From Myxococcota bacterium (GTDB lineage Bacteria; Myxococcota; XYA12-FULL-58-9; JALHOP01), in assembly GCA_041288095.1 (NCBI GenBank), contig JBGGMJ010000070.1:1-19827 (forward strand): a DNA stretch of 19,827 nt, in the 5' to 3' direction. The translations under genes and the position numbers were made by a program. Below are positions 8,116-16,768 of this stretch, in pieces (position 1 is the first letter of the stretch; the number at the start of each line of letters is the position of its first letter). The notes beneath the pieces were generated by a model. The model had not been told where the DNA came from and ran no database searches. It was given only the letters and a program-made list of their open reading frames with translations.

Positions 8116-10101
8116 TTAGAACGCCCAGGTCACTCCACCGCCGGCGTACAACGTGCGTGGCGCGGCGGGCTCGAAGTACCGGCCACCGGCCGCGTTGATG
8201 CGAACGTTGTCGTCGTAGCGATCGAGGAAGAGATTGCGCAGGCCGACGAAGAGCTCCCCCGTCAGCGGCCCGAAGCTGTTGCGCTGGCCCACGCGCACGT
8301 CGACGATGGTCGCCGAGCGGTTGGTCACCGTGTTGCCGTCGTCGGCGAAGGTGTGGCCGACGTAGGCCATGTCGGTCCCGGCGAACGTCCCCCACGGCGC
8401 GATGTACGCCACGGTGCCGCCCAAGCGGAGCGGCTCGATGCCGGGTACGCGGTTGCCACTGCGATCGATGCCGCCGCTTTCGTAGGTCGTGAAGCGCGCA
8501 TCGAGCACCGTCGCGGCGACATTCACCGTGAGGCCGCGCACGGGCTTCGCACCGAGCGAGGCTTCGGCTCCCCAGCGGCGTGACTTGCCGGCGTTGCGGT
8601 AAAACGTGCGCTGGTCGGCGTCCTGGAACGGGATGAGCTCGTCGGTAAGCCGGATGTAGTAGACCGCAACGTCATAGCGGATGCCGAAGACCCTGCCGCG
8701 CGCACCAAGCTCGCTACTCAAGGCGCGTTCCGGATCGAGGTCGCGATTCAAGCCGCCGCCGGGCAACGCCAGCTCGACGGTGGTCGGCGTCTGGAAGGCC
8801 TGCGCGACGTTGGCGTAGACGTTGTGCGAAGCGGTGAGCGCATAGCTCGCGCCACCGAGGAATGTCGTGGCCCGCATGGTGCGCGCGCCCGAGCCCGCGC
8901 CCAGGTGATCGTCGACGCTGAAGCGCACGTTGTCGTGCCGGGCGCTGGCGAGGAGAGACAGGGCGTCGGTGAGGCGCGCGAGGCCGTGCAAGTAGGCGCC
9001 GACCGAGCGCACGGTTTCGCGCTGATCGATCAAACGCGGCTCGACCGCGTTGCCGGCATCGTTGGTGTCGTTGGTGCGGTCGTCCGCTTGCTGGCGCAAG
9101 TCGAGACCGACGCCGAGCGTATGCGCGCGCCCCGCCACCTCGGGATTCCACACGTAATGGGCACCGCCGCCGAAGAAATTACGGTCGAAGTCGACGGTGC
9201 GTGTCGGCACCGTGCTCGAGAAGTCGCGGCGCAAGAAGAAGCCCGAGACTCTCAAGTGCTGGGTGTCCGTCAAAGCGGTCGTGAGCACGGCGCCGGCTTG
9301 AGCTTCCTCGAGTGCCTCGCCAGTGTCGAAATTGAGCGCGGCGGGTGACGCGATACGGGGGGTGAAGTGACGTTCGGTGCCGGTGAGGCCGCCGGGATCG
9401 TCGGCTTTAGGAGCGTTGCTGTAGGCGACGGTGAGGCTGACGTCGGTGGCGGTCCACAAGCGCTGCTTGAGCTTGAGGCGAGCATTGGTCGTCGCGGCGC
9501 CGGCGTGGTCGCGATATCCGTCGGTCGCGAAATGAGCGACGCTCGCGTGCATCCCCGTATCGTCGACGGTGCCCTGCAACACGCCGACGAGCTTGCGTCC
9601 GCCGTAGGCGCCGATGGTGCCGTGCGCGTTGGCGGACAACCCCGCGTCGTCCATGCTGCTTTCGATCAGGAGCACGCCACCGGCGGCATTGCCGTAGAGC
9701 GCGCCGGCTGGTCCCCGCAAGAGCTCCAAGCGGCCGAGGACCGACGGGTCGATGGCGTCGAGCTGCGCCTGACCGTCGGCGAGCGACTGAGGGATGCCGT
9801 CGACGATGATGGTAACGCCGCGCACGCCGAAGCTCGAGCGCGCGCCGAAGCCGCGGATCGACAAGCGCAAGTCCTGGGCGAAGTCGTCACGGTTCACCGC
9901 GGACACGCCGGGCACCGAAATCAGCGCTTCGGCAAGCGTTGCCTCTTGTCTGCCATCGCGGATGCGATCCGGCTCGATGACCGTGGTCGCGAAGGGCAAG
10001 GCGTCCGGCGAAAGCTGCGCGCCGGTCGCGCGTACCACGGTCTCGTAATTGGGCGAGTCGGCGGCGAGCAGCGTCAGCAATAAGAGGGGGGTCACGGGCA
10101 C
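8116..10101 (-). CDS. TonB-dependent receptor, YncD/PqqU-like
   Basis: Short signal peptide, TonB-box-like ETVVRA, plug motif AQDLRLSIRGFGARSSFGVRGV...DGIP...DGQ, LRGPAGALYGNAAGGV, C-terminal NLFLDRY...RYFEPAAPR...WAF ending in Phe. True start may be GTG 10095. Confidence 0.92.
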   Translation of the reverse strand: MPVTPLLLLTLLAADSPNYETVVRATGAQLSPDALPFATTVIEPDRIRDGRQEATLAEALISVPGVSAVNRDDFAQDLRLSIRGFGARSSFGVRGVTIIVDGIPQSLADGQAQLDAIDPSVLGRLELLRGPAGALYGNAAGGVLLIESSMDDAGLSANAHGTIGAYGGRKLVGVLQGTVDDTGMHASVAHFATDGYRDHAGAATTNARLKLKQRLWTATDVSLTVAYSNAPKADDPGGLTGTERHFTPRIASPAALNFDTGEALEEAQAGAVLTTALTDTQHLRVSGFFLRRDFSSTVPTRTVDFDRNFFGGGAHYVWNPEVAGRAHTLGVGLDLRQQADDRTNDTNDAGNAVEPRLIDQRETVRSVGAYLHGLARLTDALSLLASARHDNVRFSVDDHLGAGSGARTMRATTFLGGASYALTASHNVYANVAQAFQTPTTVELALPGGGLNRDLDPERALSSELGARGRVFGIRYDVAVYYIRLTDELIPFQDADQRTFYRNAGKSRRWGAEASLGAKPVRGLTVNVAATVLDARFTTYESGGIDRSGNRVPGIEPLRLGGTVAYIAPWGTFAGTDMAYVGHTFADDGNTVTNRSATIVDVRVGQRNSFGPLTGELFVGLRNLFLDRYDDNVRINAAGGRYFEPAAPRTLYAGGGVTWAF

Positions 10102-10103
10102 GC

Positions 10104-10132
10104 GAAGTAGCGGCGCCGCGTCGAACCGTCAA
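10104..10132 (-). promoter_or_regulatory. Candidate sigma70-type promoter for the TonB receptor (TTGACG-N17-TACTTC)
   Basis: Near-consensus -35 with exact 17-nt spacer; imperfect -10; ends 8 nt before in-frame GTG 10095; no SD. Confidence 0.4.
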
Positions 10133-10182
10133 GCGACGTTCGCGGTGGGGCCTAGCGGAGGGGCAGACCCGTCGACCCGAGC

Positions 10183-11649
10183 TCAGGCCACGTCATCTTC
10201 GGCGCGGAACCCCGCCGCCTTGATGCTGTGCCGGCGCAACATACGACGGAGGTTACTGCGGTCGATGCCGCTTCGCCGCGAGGCCTCGGACAGGTTGCCC
10301 TCGCAGGCCACCAGGAGATCCTCGAGATAGCGGCGCTCGAAGTCATCGAGCAGGTGCGTGCGTGCCTCGCTGTAGGTGGTGCTCGAGACCGAGCCTACCG
10401 GCGGCGCGCCGCCTCCGCTCGCGGACGCCTGTGCACGGCGCTGGCCACGAGCAGCGGCGCCCGAAGTCACGAAGGACGGCAGGTGCTCGACCTCGATGGC
10501 CTCGCCGGCGCACAGCGTCGCGGCGTGCTCGACCGCGTTGTTGAGCTCGCGCACGTTGCCCGGCCAGTCGTACGCGACCATGGAAGCGAGTGCGTGATCG
10601 CCGAAGCGGCGCACCTGTTTGCCGCTGCGGCGGTGCGCCTTGTCGAGCAGGTATTGCGCGATGAGCGGCACGTCGTCACGGCGCTCGCGTAACGGCGGCA
10701 GGGCCATGCGGAAGGTGCTGACGCGATAGTAGAGGTCCTCGCGGAACTTGCCCTCGCGCATGGCGCGCTCGAGATCGACGTTGGTGGCGCACAAGACGCG
10801 CACGTCGACGATGCGCGATTTCGTCGCGCCGACCGGGCGGACTTCGCCCTCTTGCAAGGCACGCAAGAGGCGCACCTGCGTCTGCAGCGGCACGTCGCCG
10901 ATCTCGTCGAGGAAGAGCACGCCGCCGTCGGCCGCTTCGAAGAGACCCTTGTGCGAGGCGACCGCGCCGGTGAAGGCACCGCGCTCGTGGCCGAAGAGCT
11001 CGCTGTCGATGAGCTGCTCGCTCATGGCGGCGCAGTTGATGGCGAGAAACGGCTTGTCGCGGCGATTGCTGCGCATGTGGAGAGCGCGGGCGACGAGCTC
11101 CTTACCCGTGCCGCTCTCGCCGCAGATGAGCACCGGCGCCGTCGAGTCGGCGATCTGATCGATGAGCGAGCGCACCTGCATGATGCCGCGACTCTGGCCG
11201 ATGAGATTGGTGTCGGGCGAGAACGCGTCGAGCTGCTCGCGCAAATTCGCGTTCACCTGGCGAAGCTTCTTGCGCTCGAGAGCGCTGTCGATGCGGCGAA
11301 CGGCGGCGTCGAGATCATCGATGGGCTTGCACATGAAGTCGTAGGCGCCCTGACGAATCGCCTGCACCGCCGTCTGGATGGTGCCGTGACCGGTGACCAT
11401 GATGGCCTCGGCATGCGGCTGAGCATGTTGCAGGTGCTCGAGGAGCTGCATGCCGTCCATGCCGGGCATGCGTACGTCGAGGATGGCGACGTCGACGTCT
11501 TCGTTGTCGAAGAAACGCTGAGCCGCGATGGGGTCGGCGAACAAATGGACCTCGTACTCGTCGCCGAGCACTTCCTTCCATGATTCGAGGATGACGCGCT
11601 CGTCGTCGACGATGGCAATCCGCGGCTTGTTGCTGACCTTCGGGCTCAT
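10183..11649 (-). CDS. Sigma54-dependent NtrC-family response regulator (REC-AAA+-Fis HTH)
   Basis: IAIVDDE / ILDVRMPGMDG / KP receiver; GESGTGKE Walker A, ELFGHERGAFTGA, LFLDEIGD Walker B, FREDLYYR, WPGNVREL; GNLSEASRRSGIDRSNLRRML HTH; AGGAG RBS before ATG 11649. Confidence 0.97.
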   Translation of the reverse strand: MSPKVSNKPRIAIVDDERVILESWKEVLGDEYEVHLFADPIAAQRFFDNEDVDVAILDVRMPGMDGMQLLEHLQHAQPHAEAIMVTGHGTIQTAVQAIRQGAYDFMCKPIDDLDAAVRRIDSALERKKLRQVNANLREQLDAFSPDTNLIGQSRGIMQVRSLIDQIADSTAPVLICGESGTGKELVARALHMRSNRRDKPFLAINCAAMSEQLIDSELFGHERGAFTGAVASHKGLFEAADGGVLFLDEIGDVPLQTQVRLLRALQEGEVRPVGATKSRIVDVRVLCATNVDLERAMREGKFREDLYYRVSTFRMALPPLRERRDDVPLIAQYLLDKAHRRSGKQVRRFGDHALASMVAYDWPGNVRELNNAVEHAATLCAGEAIEVEHLPSFVTSGAAARGQRRAQASASGGGAPPVGSVSSTTYSEARTHLLDDFERRYLEDLLVACEGNLSEASRRSGIDRSNLRRMLRRHSIKAAGFRAEDDVA

Positions 11650-11668
11650 GCTGATTTCTCCTGACATT

Positions 11669-13192
11669 CTAAGCGATGACTCGTGGCAACCTGGCTTCGA
11701 AACGCGCGCCGCCGATAGCGGCGGTACCGACCCGCAGCGAGCCACCGTGCTCGCGCATGATGTTGTGCGAGATCGACAGACCGAGACCGGTCCCCTGCCC
11801 TTGCGGTTTGGTGGTGTAGAAGGGCTCGAAGATCTTGCGACGCTCGGCCTCGGGGACACCCGACCCTTGGTCCTCGACCGAGATGACCCATTCCGCGTCG
11901 TCGCCCTCGACGGTGACGCGGATCAACCCGCCCTTGGGAGAAGCGTCGGAGGCGTTGTGAATGAGGTTCACCAGCACCTGCTGGAGCTGGTTGCTGTTCG
12001 CGAAAGCCATCGCGTCTTCGGGGAAGCGCACGTGCTCGAAGCGGCGGTCGATGGCGTTCTCGAAGAGGACCAGGGCCTTCTCGCAAACTTGATTCAGCTC
12101 GATGTCGGCGCGGTCGGTGCTCTTGGCTTGCCGCGAGAAGTCGCGCAGCGACTGGACGATGTCGCGGCAGCGCACCGCGCACTCCTTGATGACTTCGTGA
12201 TAGCGGACGAGCTTTTCGGCGGGCACATCGGGCTTCTGAGCCAGCTGCACGAAGCTCAGGATGCCGTGCAGTGGGTTGTTGATCTCGTGGGCCACGCCGC
12301 CCGCGAGCCGGCCGATCGCCGCCATCTTGTCGACGTTCGCCATCTCACGCTCGACTTGCAGCTCACGGGTGACGTCGCGGTACGTGCACAGGTGCGTCGG
12401 ATGCTCCGCGGGCAGCCGGTACGCTCGCGCGTCGAAGAGATCGAGCTCACCGTCGACGTCGCGCGACACACGGAAGGTCGAGCCCTCACGCGCGCCGATG
12501 GGACAATTCGCGCATTGGGTGCTGCGCTTGAACAACGACTCGTGGCACTTGCGCCCCTCGAGCGACGGTCCCTCGGCGCCGGCGAGCTTCGCGGCCGCGG
12601 TGTTGCAGCCTTCGATGCGCAAGTCCTGATCGACCATGATGATGGGATCCGAGATGGCGTTGAGCGCGACGTCCCAGCGCCGGCGGAAGCCCACTAACGT
12701 CGCGTCGGTCTCCTGCACGCGCGTCTGCAATAGCTGATTGACGTAGATGAGCTCGGAGTTGCGGTTCGAGAGCCGCGACACCAGGACCGCGTTCTCGCGA
12801 CGCAGACGCGACTGCTGCACCGCCTGCCCGAGAATGGTCACGAGCATCTCGCGCTTCCACGGTTTGCGCAGGAAGCGACTGATGCCGGCGTCATTGATGC
12901 CGCGCTCCAGGGCCTCCTCGTCCGCGTAAGCGGTCAGCAAGATGCGTTCGGTGTCGGGCCAGCGCTCACGCACGCGCGAGAGGAATTCGACGCCGTCCAT
13001 GTTGGGCATGCGGAAGTCGCTGACCACCACGGCGTATTCGCGGGTCTGCAGACGTTCGAGCGCGTCCTCCGGTGCATCGACGGCTTCCGCGAGCCAACCG
13101 GCGGCGCTGGCGGTACGCTCGAGCGCACGGAGGATGGACGCCTCATCGTCCACGAACAGGATGGGCAGGTCCGTATCGATCACGCTGCTCAT
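11669..13192 (-). CDS. Cytoplasmic hybrid sensor histidine kinase (REC-coiled coil-PAS-HisKA-HATPase)
   Basis: Start reassigned to ATG 13192 (MSSVIDTDLPILFVDDE); SDFRMP, LLTAY, KPW receiver motifs; LNAISDPIIMVD...CNTAA PAS; H-box AHEINNPL, N-box QVLVNLIHNA, DQGSG, FEPFYTTK, GTGLGL; no transmembrane segment. Confidence 0.95.
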   Translation of the reverse strand: MSSVIDTDLPILFVDDEASILRALERTASAAGWLAEAVDAPEDALERLQTREYAVVVSDFRMPNMDGVEFLSRVRERWPDTERILLTAYADEEALERGINDAGISRFLRKPWKREMLVTILGQAVQQSRLRRENAVLVSRLSNRNSELIYVNQLLQTRVQETDATLVGFRRRWDVALNAISDPIIMVDQDLRIEGCNTAAAKLAGAEGPSLEGRKCHESLFKRSTQCANCPIGAREGSTFRVSRDVDGELDLFDARAYRLPAEHPTHLCTYRDVTRELQVEREMANVDKMAAIGRLAGGVAHEINNPLHGILSFVQLAQKPDVPAEKLVRYHEVIKECAVRCRDIVQSLRDFSRQAKSTDRADIELNQVCEKALVLFENAIDRRFEHVRFPEDAMAFANSNQLQQVLVNLIHNASDASPKGGLIRVTVEGDDAEWVISVEDQGSGVPEAERRKIFEPFYTTKPQGQGTGLGLSISHNIMREHGGSLRVGTAAIGGARFEARLPRVIA

Positions 13193-13219
13193 TCGCTCTC
13201 GCTCCGCCGCCACAGCTCG

Positions 13220-13236
13220 TGCGATGGTCCTGCCAA
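13220..13236 (-). promoter_or_regulatory. Sigma54 -24/-12 promoter upstream of the kinase-regulator operon
   Basis: Minus strand TTGGCAGGACCATCGCA: GG (13234-13233), N10, GC (13222-13221); about 28 nt before ATG 13192. Confidence 0.6.
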
Positions 13237-13439
13237 TATCGCCTGTAGGGGAAAATGCTCGAAGCAGACCTAGTGCAAGCGCCGCGCCGCGCCTGCGCGA
13301 AACAAAAATCTGCTTACATTGCTGAGGCCGCCGGCATCCTGATGCAGCGCGACCTGGTCCACGCCTCCCGGGTCCAGACAATCCAGGGTAACGGATACCC
13401 CGTGCATCGCCATGAAATTCGAGAGAGACGCGACAACCC

Positions 13440-15095
13440 ATGACGGAGCTACGCATCACACCGCTCGGCGGATTGGGTCGGATCGGTGGAAATTTAATGA
13501 TTTTTGAGACCCCCACCGATTTGGTGGTGGTCGACTGCGGTATGTTGTTCCCGGGCTCCGAGCACCCGGGCGTGGATTACCTCGTCCCCGACACGACTTA
13601 CCTCGCGCAGCGCCGCCACAAGCTGCGCGCCTACGTCATCACGCACGGTCACGAAGACCACATCGGCGCCCTGACGCATGTCGTCACGAAGCTGCCCGCG
13701 CCCATCTACGCGACCGGCTTTACCCTGGGCCTTATCACCATGAAGTTCGGCGACCGGCCCGGCGCCATCGACCCGGAGCTGCACCGGCTCCGCGATAACG
13801 AGCCGGTGCGTATCGGTGACTTCGTCATCGAGCCGATCGCGGTGACGCACTCGATCCCCGACGCCGTAGCGCTCGCGATCACCACCCCGGTGGGCGTCGT
13901 CGTCATGACCGGCGACTTCAAGCTCGACGAAGCGCCGCTCGACGGCCGGGTCACGAATGCGCAGCGCTTCAAGGAGCTCGGAGATCGCGGTGTCGTCGCG
14001 TTGCTCTCCGACTCGACGAACGCCGAGCGGCCGGGACGGAGCTGGAGCGAGAAGATCGTCACCGAGAGCATTCATCGCCTCATCGACAACGCCCCGAATC
14101 GTGTCTGCCTCACCACGTTCTCGAGCCACATCCACCGCGTCCAAGCGGTGATCGATGCGTCGTGGGCCGCCGGCCGCACGGTCATACCCGTCGGTCGCAG
14201 CGTCGCTCAAAACGTGCAGATGTCGCTCGAGCGCGGCTATCTGAAAGCCGAGCACGGCGCCCTCGCCGACCCGACCAATTACGAAGACCTGCCGCGCTCA
14301 CACGTGACCGTGATTGCGAGCGGCTCACAGGGTGAGCCGATGAGCTCGATGACGCGCATCGCGGCCGGCACCCACGGCTACGTGCGCCTGGACCGAGGCG
14401 ACCGTGTGCTCTGGTCCTCGCGTCAGATCCCCGGCAACGAGCTCGCCATCGCCACCGTGACCAACAATCTGCTGCGCGCCGGTGTCGAGCTCATCGACGA
14501 GCGCATCGATCGCGTTCACACCACCGGCCACGCGTTCGCGGACGAGCTCGCCGACATGATCGGTTGGGTCAAGCCCAAGCACTTCATACCCGTGCACGGC
14601 GAGTACCGGCACCTGGTCGCACACGCCAAGATCGCCGAGCGCATGGGCGTCGCGCAGCGAAACATCCACCTCATCGAAGACGGCCAGCCCTTGCTGCTGC
14701 GGGGTCAAGACGGCGCGGTGGCGGTCCATCGCGACGAGCCGGTTCCTCACGGCTTCGTCTTCCTCGAGGGCGACAACTACCTCGAAGTCGGCGAAGTGGT
14801 CTTGCGCGACCGCCGCCTTTTGGCTGAAACCGGCATCGTGGTGTGTGTCGCGGTGCTCAACGAACGAGGTGACCTGGTCGCGGGACCAGAGATCGCCACG
14901 CGCGGCGTCGTCCACGTCGACGAAAGCGCCGATCTGCTCGCCGCGGTGAAAGACGAAGCGCGTCGCGCCTTGGCCGAGGTCTCCGAAAACGACGATGAAG
15001 TGCTCGCCGAGGAGATGCGCGTCGCGGTGCGCCGCTTCTTCCGCCGCGAGCTCGGCAAGAAACCGCTGGTCGTGCCTCTGGTGATGCGCAAATGA
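13440..15095 (+). CDS. rnj: Ribonuclease J (metallo-beta-lactamase/beta-CASP)
   Basis: PLGGLGRIGGN, VDCG, THGHEDHIGA, VTHSIPD, TGDFKLD, LLSDSTNA, GSQGEPMS, IPGNE, HTTGHA, PVHGEYRHL. Confidence 0.97.
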   Translation: MTELRITPLGGLGRIGGNLMIFETPTDLVVVDCGMLFPGSEHPGVDYLVPDTTYLAQRRHKLRAYVITHGHEDHIGALTHVVTKLPAPIYATGFTLGLITMKFGDRPGAIDPELHRLRDNEPVRIGDFVIEPIAVTHSIPDAVALAITTPVGVVVMTGDFKLDEAPLDGRVTNAQRFKELGDRGVVALLSDSTNAERPGRSWSEKIVTESIHRLIDNAPNRVCLTTFSSHIHRVQAVIDASWAAGRTVIPVGRSVAQNVQMSLERGYLKAEHGALADPTNYEDLPRSHVTVIASGSQGEPMSSMTRIAAGTHGYVRLDRGDRVLWSSRQIPGNELAIATVTNNLLRAGVELIDERIDRVHTTGHAFADELADMIGWVKPKHFIPVHGEYRHLVAHAKIAERMGVAQRNIHLIEDGQPLLLRGQDGAVAVHRDEPVPHGFVFLEGDNYLEVGEVVLRDRRLLAETGIVVCVAVLNERGDLVAGPEIATRGVVHVDESADLLAAVKDEARRALAEVSENDDEVLAEEMRVAVRRFFRRELGKKPLVVPLVMRK

Positions 15096-15763
15096 CGCTG
15101 CGTCTACGACCGACCCTGATGCTCAAGCTGCCGGACCGCAAGGACTTCACTGCCTCGCTCATCGATGGCGGCGGCACCACCAGCATCTTCTTGCCGGGCA
15201 CGACGAACCTCGCGCCGGGGATGCGCGTCGATCTCGGTGTCCTCTTCGTCGAGGGTCCGCGTGTCTTCTCGACGCGGGGCATCGTGCGCTGGAAACGCGA
15301 GAGCTCGGGCCACGTGTTGCCACCCGGCCTCGCCGTCGAGCTGGCGGAGCACGACGCGTCGACGCGCGAGCTCATTTTGACCTATGTCCGCGGCAAGAAC
15401 GTCGAGCTCAAGGACCGGCGCGATCGGCGCCTGCCGATCATGCACGCCGTGTCATTCGCGAGCGGCGATTTCGTGACCAACGAGGTCACCGAGGATCTGA
15501 GCAAGAGCGGCGCCTTCCTCTCGAGCAACAACATGCTCGCGCCCGGCACCGAGATCGACATCAAGCTCAAACCGGACGGCGAGCTCTTCGCCCTGCGCTT
15601 CTACGGTGAGGTCGTCTGGAACAGCAAAGCGCGCGGTGGCATCGCGGTGCGCTTCGCTTTCCCCAACCCGCACGCCAAGACGCGCTTCGAGGCATTCGTC
15701 GACCGCTTGAGCGAACAAGTGGATCAAGCGCTCGAAGTACACGGACCTCAGGGACGGTTATGA
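15092..15763 (+). CDS. Tandem PilZ-domain protein (myxobacterial type)
   Basis: Degenerate first PilZ (GIVRW...GLAVEL); second PilZ with RRDRR (RxxxR), DLSKSG (DxSxxG), GEVVW...GIAVRF; ATGA overlap with rnj. Confidence 0.85.
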   Translation: MTLRLRPTLMLKLPDRKDFTASLIDGGGTTSIFLPGTTNLAPGMRVDLGVLFVEGPRVFSTRGIVRWKRESSGHVLPPGLAVELAEHDASTRELILTYVRGKNVELKDRRDRRLPIMHAVSFASGDFVTNEVTEDLSKSGAFLSSNNMLAPGTEIDIKLKPDGELFALRFYGEVVWNSKARGGIAVRFAFPNPHAKTRFEAFVDRLSEQVDQALEVHGPQGRL

Positions 15764-16719
15764 GACGCGCGGCGGCCCTGCTGCTCGCGACGGCCGCGGC
15801 GTGCAGCGGCCGCGAGCCACCGAGCGAAATCGCGACGCTCCAGGCACCGGTTTACGACGACGCGTTCGCACAGGTGTGGCGCGACGGACGCGCCGAGCTG
15901 GCAGGCTACGACCTCGTGACGCCGCGCTACGACGAGCTCCGCCATGGTGTCGCCGTCACCATCTTCGTCACCGAGGACTTCGCCGACGGACCGCGCGTCA
16001 AGGCCGATCCAGGCAAGCATCCCGAGCACCAGGTGTTCCCGGTGCTCAAGCTCAACCTGATGAAGGACTTTTCGACCGGCATCTACGACTACAACTTGAT
16101 GACGAGCGCCTTCATCGCGCTGGCGCCGGTGCACGAGCGCCCCGCGGGCTTCGCCACCAAGGTCGCGTTCTCGGCTCAAGAGTGGTGCGGCATGACGTAC
16201 CAGCAAGTCGCCTTCGACCGGCACGCTGTCCGCTCCAGCAGTCATAGCTACTTCGACGGCGAGGCCGACAAGAACGAGACTCTCGCTTATCCCGATACCG
16301 GCATGGCGAGCGAAGCACTCTACGCTTGGGCCCGTGGGCTCGCGGCGCCGGTGCTAGGGCCCGGAGAGTCACGCCAGGTTCGCTTGCTGCGCGGGCTCGA
16401 GACGGTGCGGCTGAGGCATCAGCCGTTGGTTTGGGAGCGCGCCACCCTCTCCCGCTTGCCGGACAAGGCGACGATCGAGGTGCGCGGCACGTCCTACGAA
16501 GTCGACGTCCTCACGGCGCACGTCGAGGGCGGCGACACGACCACGTTCTATGTGGAGACCGCGCCGGCGCGCCGCATCGTCAAGTGGCTGCGCTCGAACG
16601 GCGAGGTCGCCGAGTTGGTGAAGAGCGATAGGCTCACCTATTGGGAGCTGAACGGCGCGGGCAAGGAGAGCTATCTCGAGCGGCTCGGCCTTACGCCGCG
16701 TCGGCCACTGACGCCTTGA
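15760..16719 (+). CDS. Conserved hypothetical lipoprotein
   Basis: Lipobox-like LLLATAAA-C; blocks W.DGRAE, RYDELRHG.AVTIFVTEDF, VKAD, VLKLN..KDF.TGIYDY, QEWCG, SYFDGE. These resemble an uncharacterised family I recall from Bacteroidota. ATGA overlap with the PilZ gene. Confidence 0.85.
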   Translation: MRRAAALLLATAAACSGREPPSEIATLQAPVYDDAFAQVWRDGRAELAGYDLVTPRYDELRHGVAVTIFVTEDFADGPRVKADPGKHPEHQVFPVLKLNLMKDFSTGIYDYNLMTSAFIALAPVHERPAGFATKVAFSAQEWCGMTYQQVAFDRHAVRSSSHSYFDGEADKNETLAYPDTGMASEALYAWARGLAAPVLGPGESRQVRLLRGLETVRLRHQPLVWERATLSRLPDKATIEVRGTSYEVDVLTAHVEGGDTTTFYVETAPARRIVKWLRSNGEVAELVKSDRLTYWELNGAGKESYLERLGLTPRRPLTP

Positions 16720-16768
16720 CCTAGCCGCATTGCGCTCGCGCGTGTACATTGCGTTGAAGAGGTTGCCC

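Noticed and set aside
11528..12697. Long antisense or alternate-frame ORFs (also 5408..6373, 6815..7588, 4197..5066, 13494..14255, 17300..18190)
   Set aside because: Expected stop-poor shadows of high-GC coding strands; each overlaps a well-supported gene and shows no motifs.
13193..13516. 108-aa N-terminal extension of the kinase given by the ORF track
   Set aside because: It overlaps rnj and the intergenic promoter region and has non-coding-like composition; the receiver domain starts right after ATG 13192.
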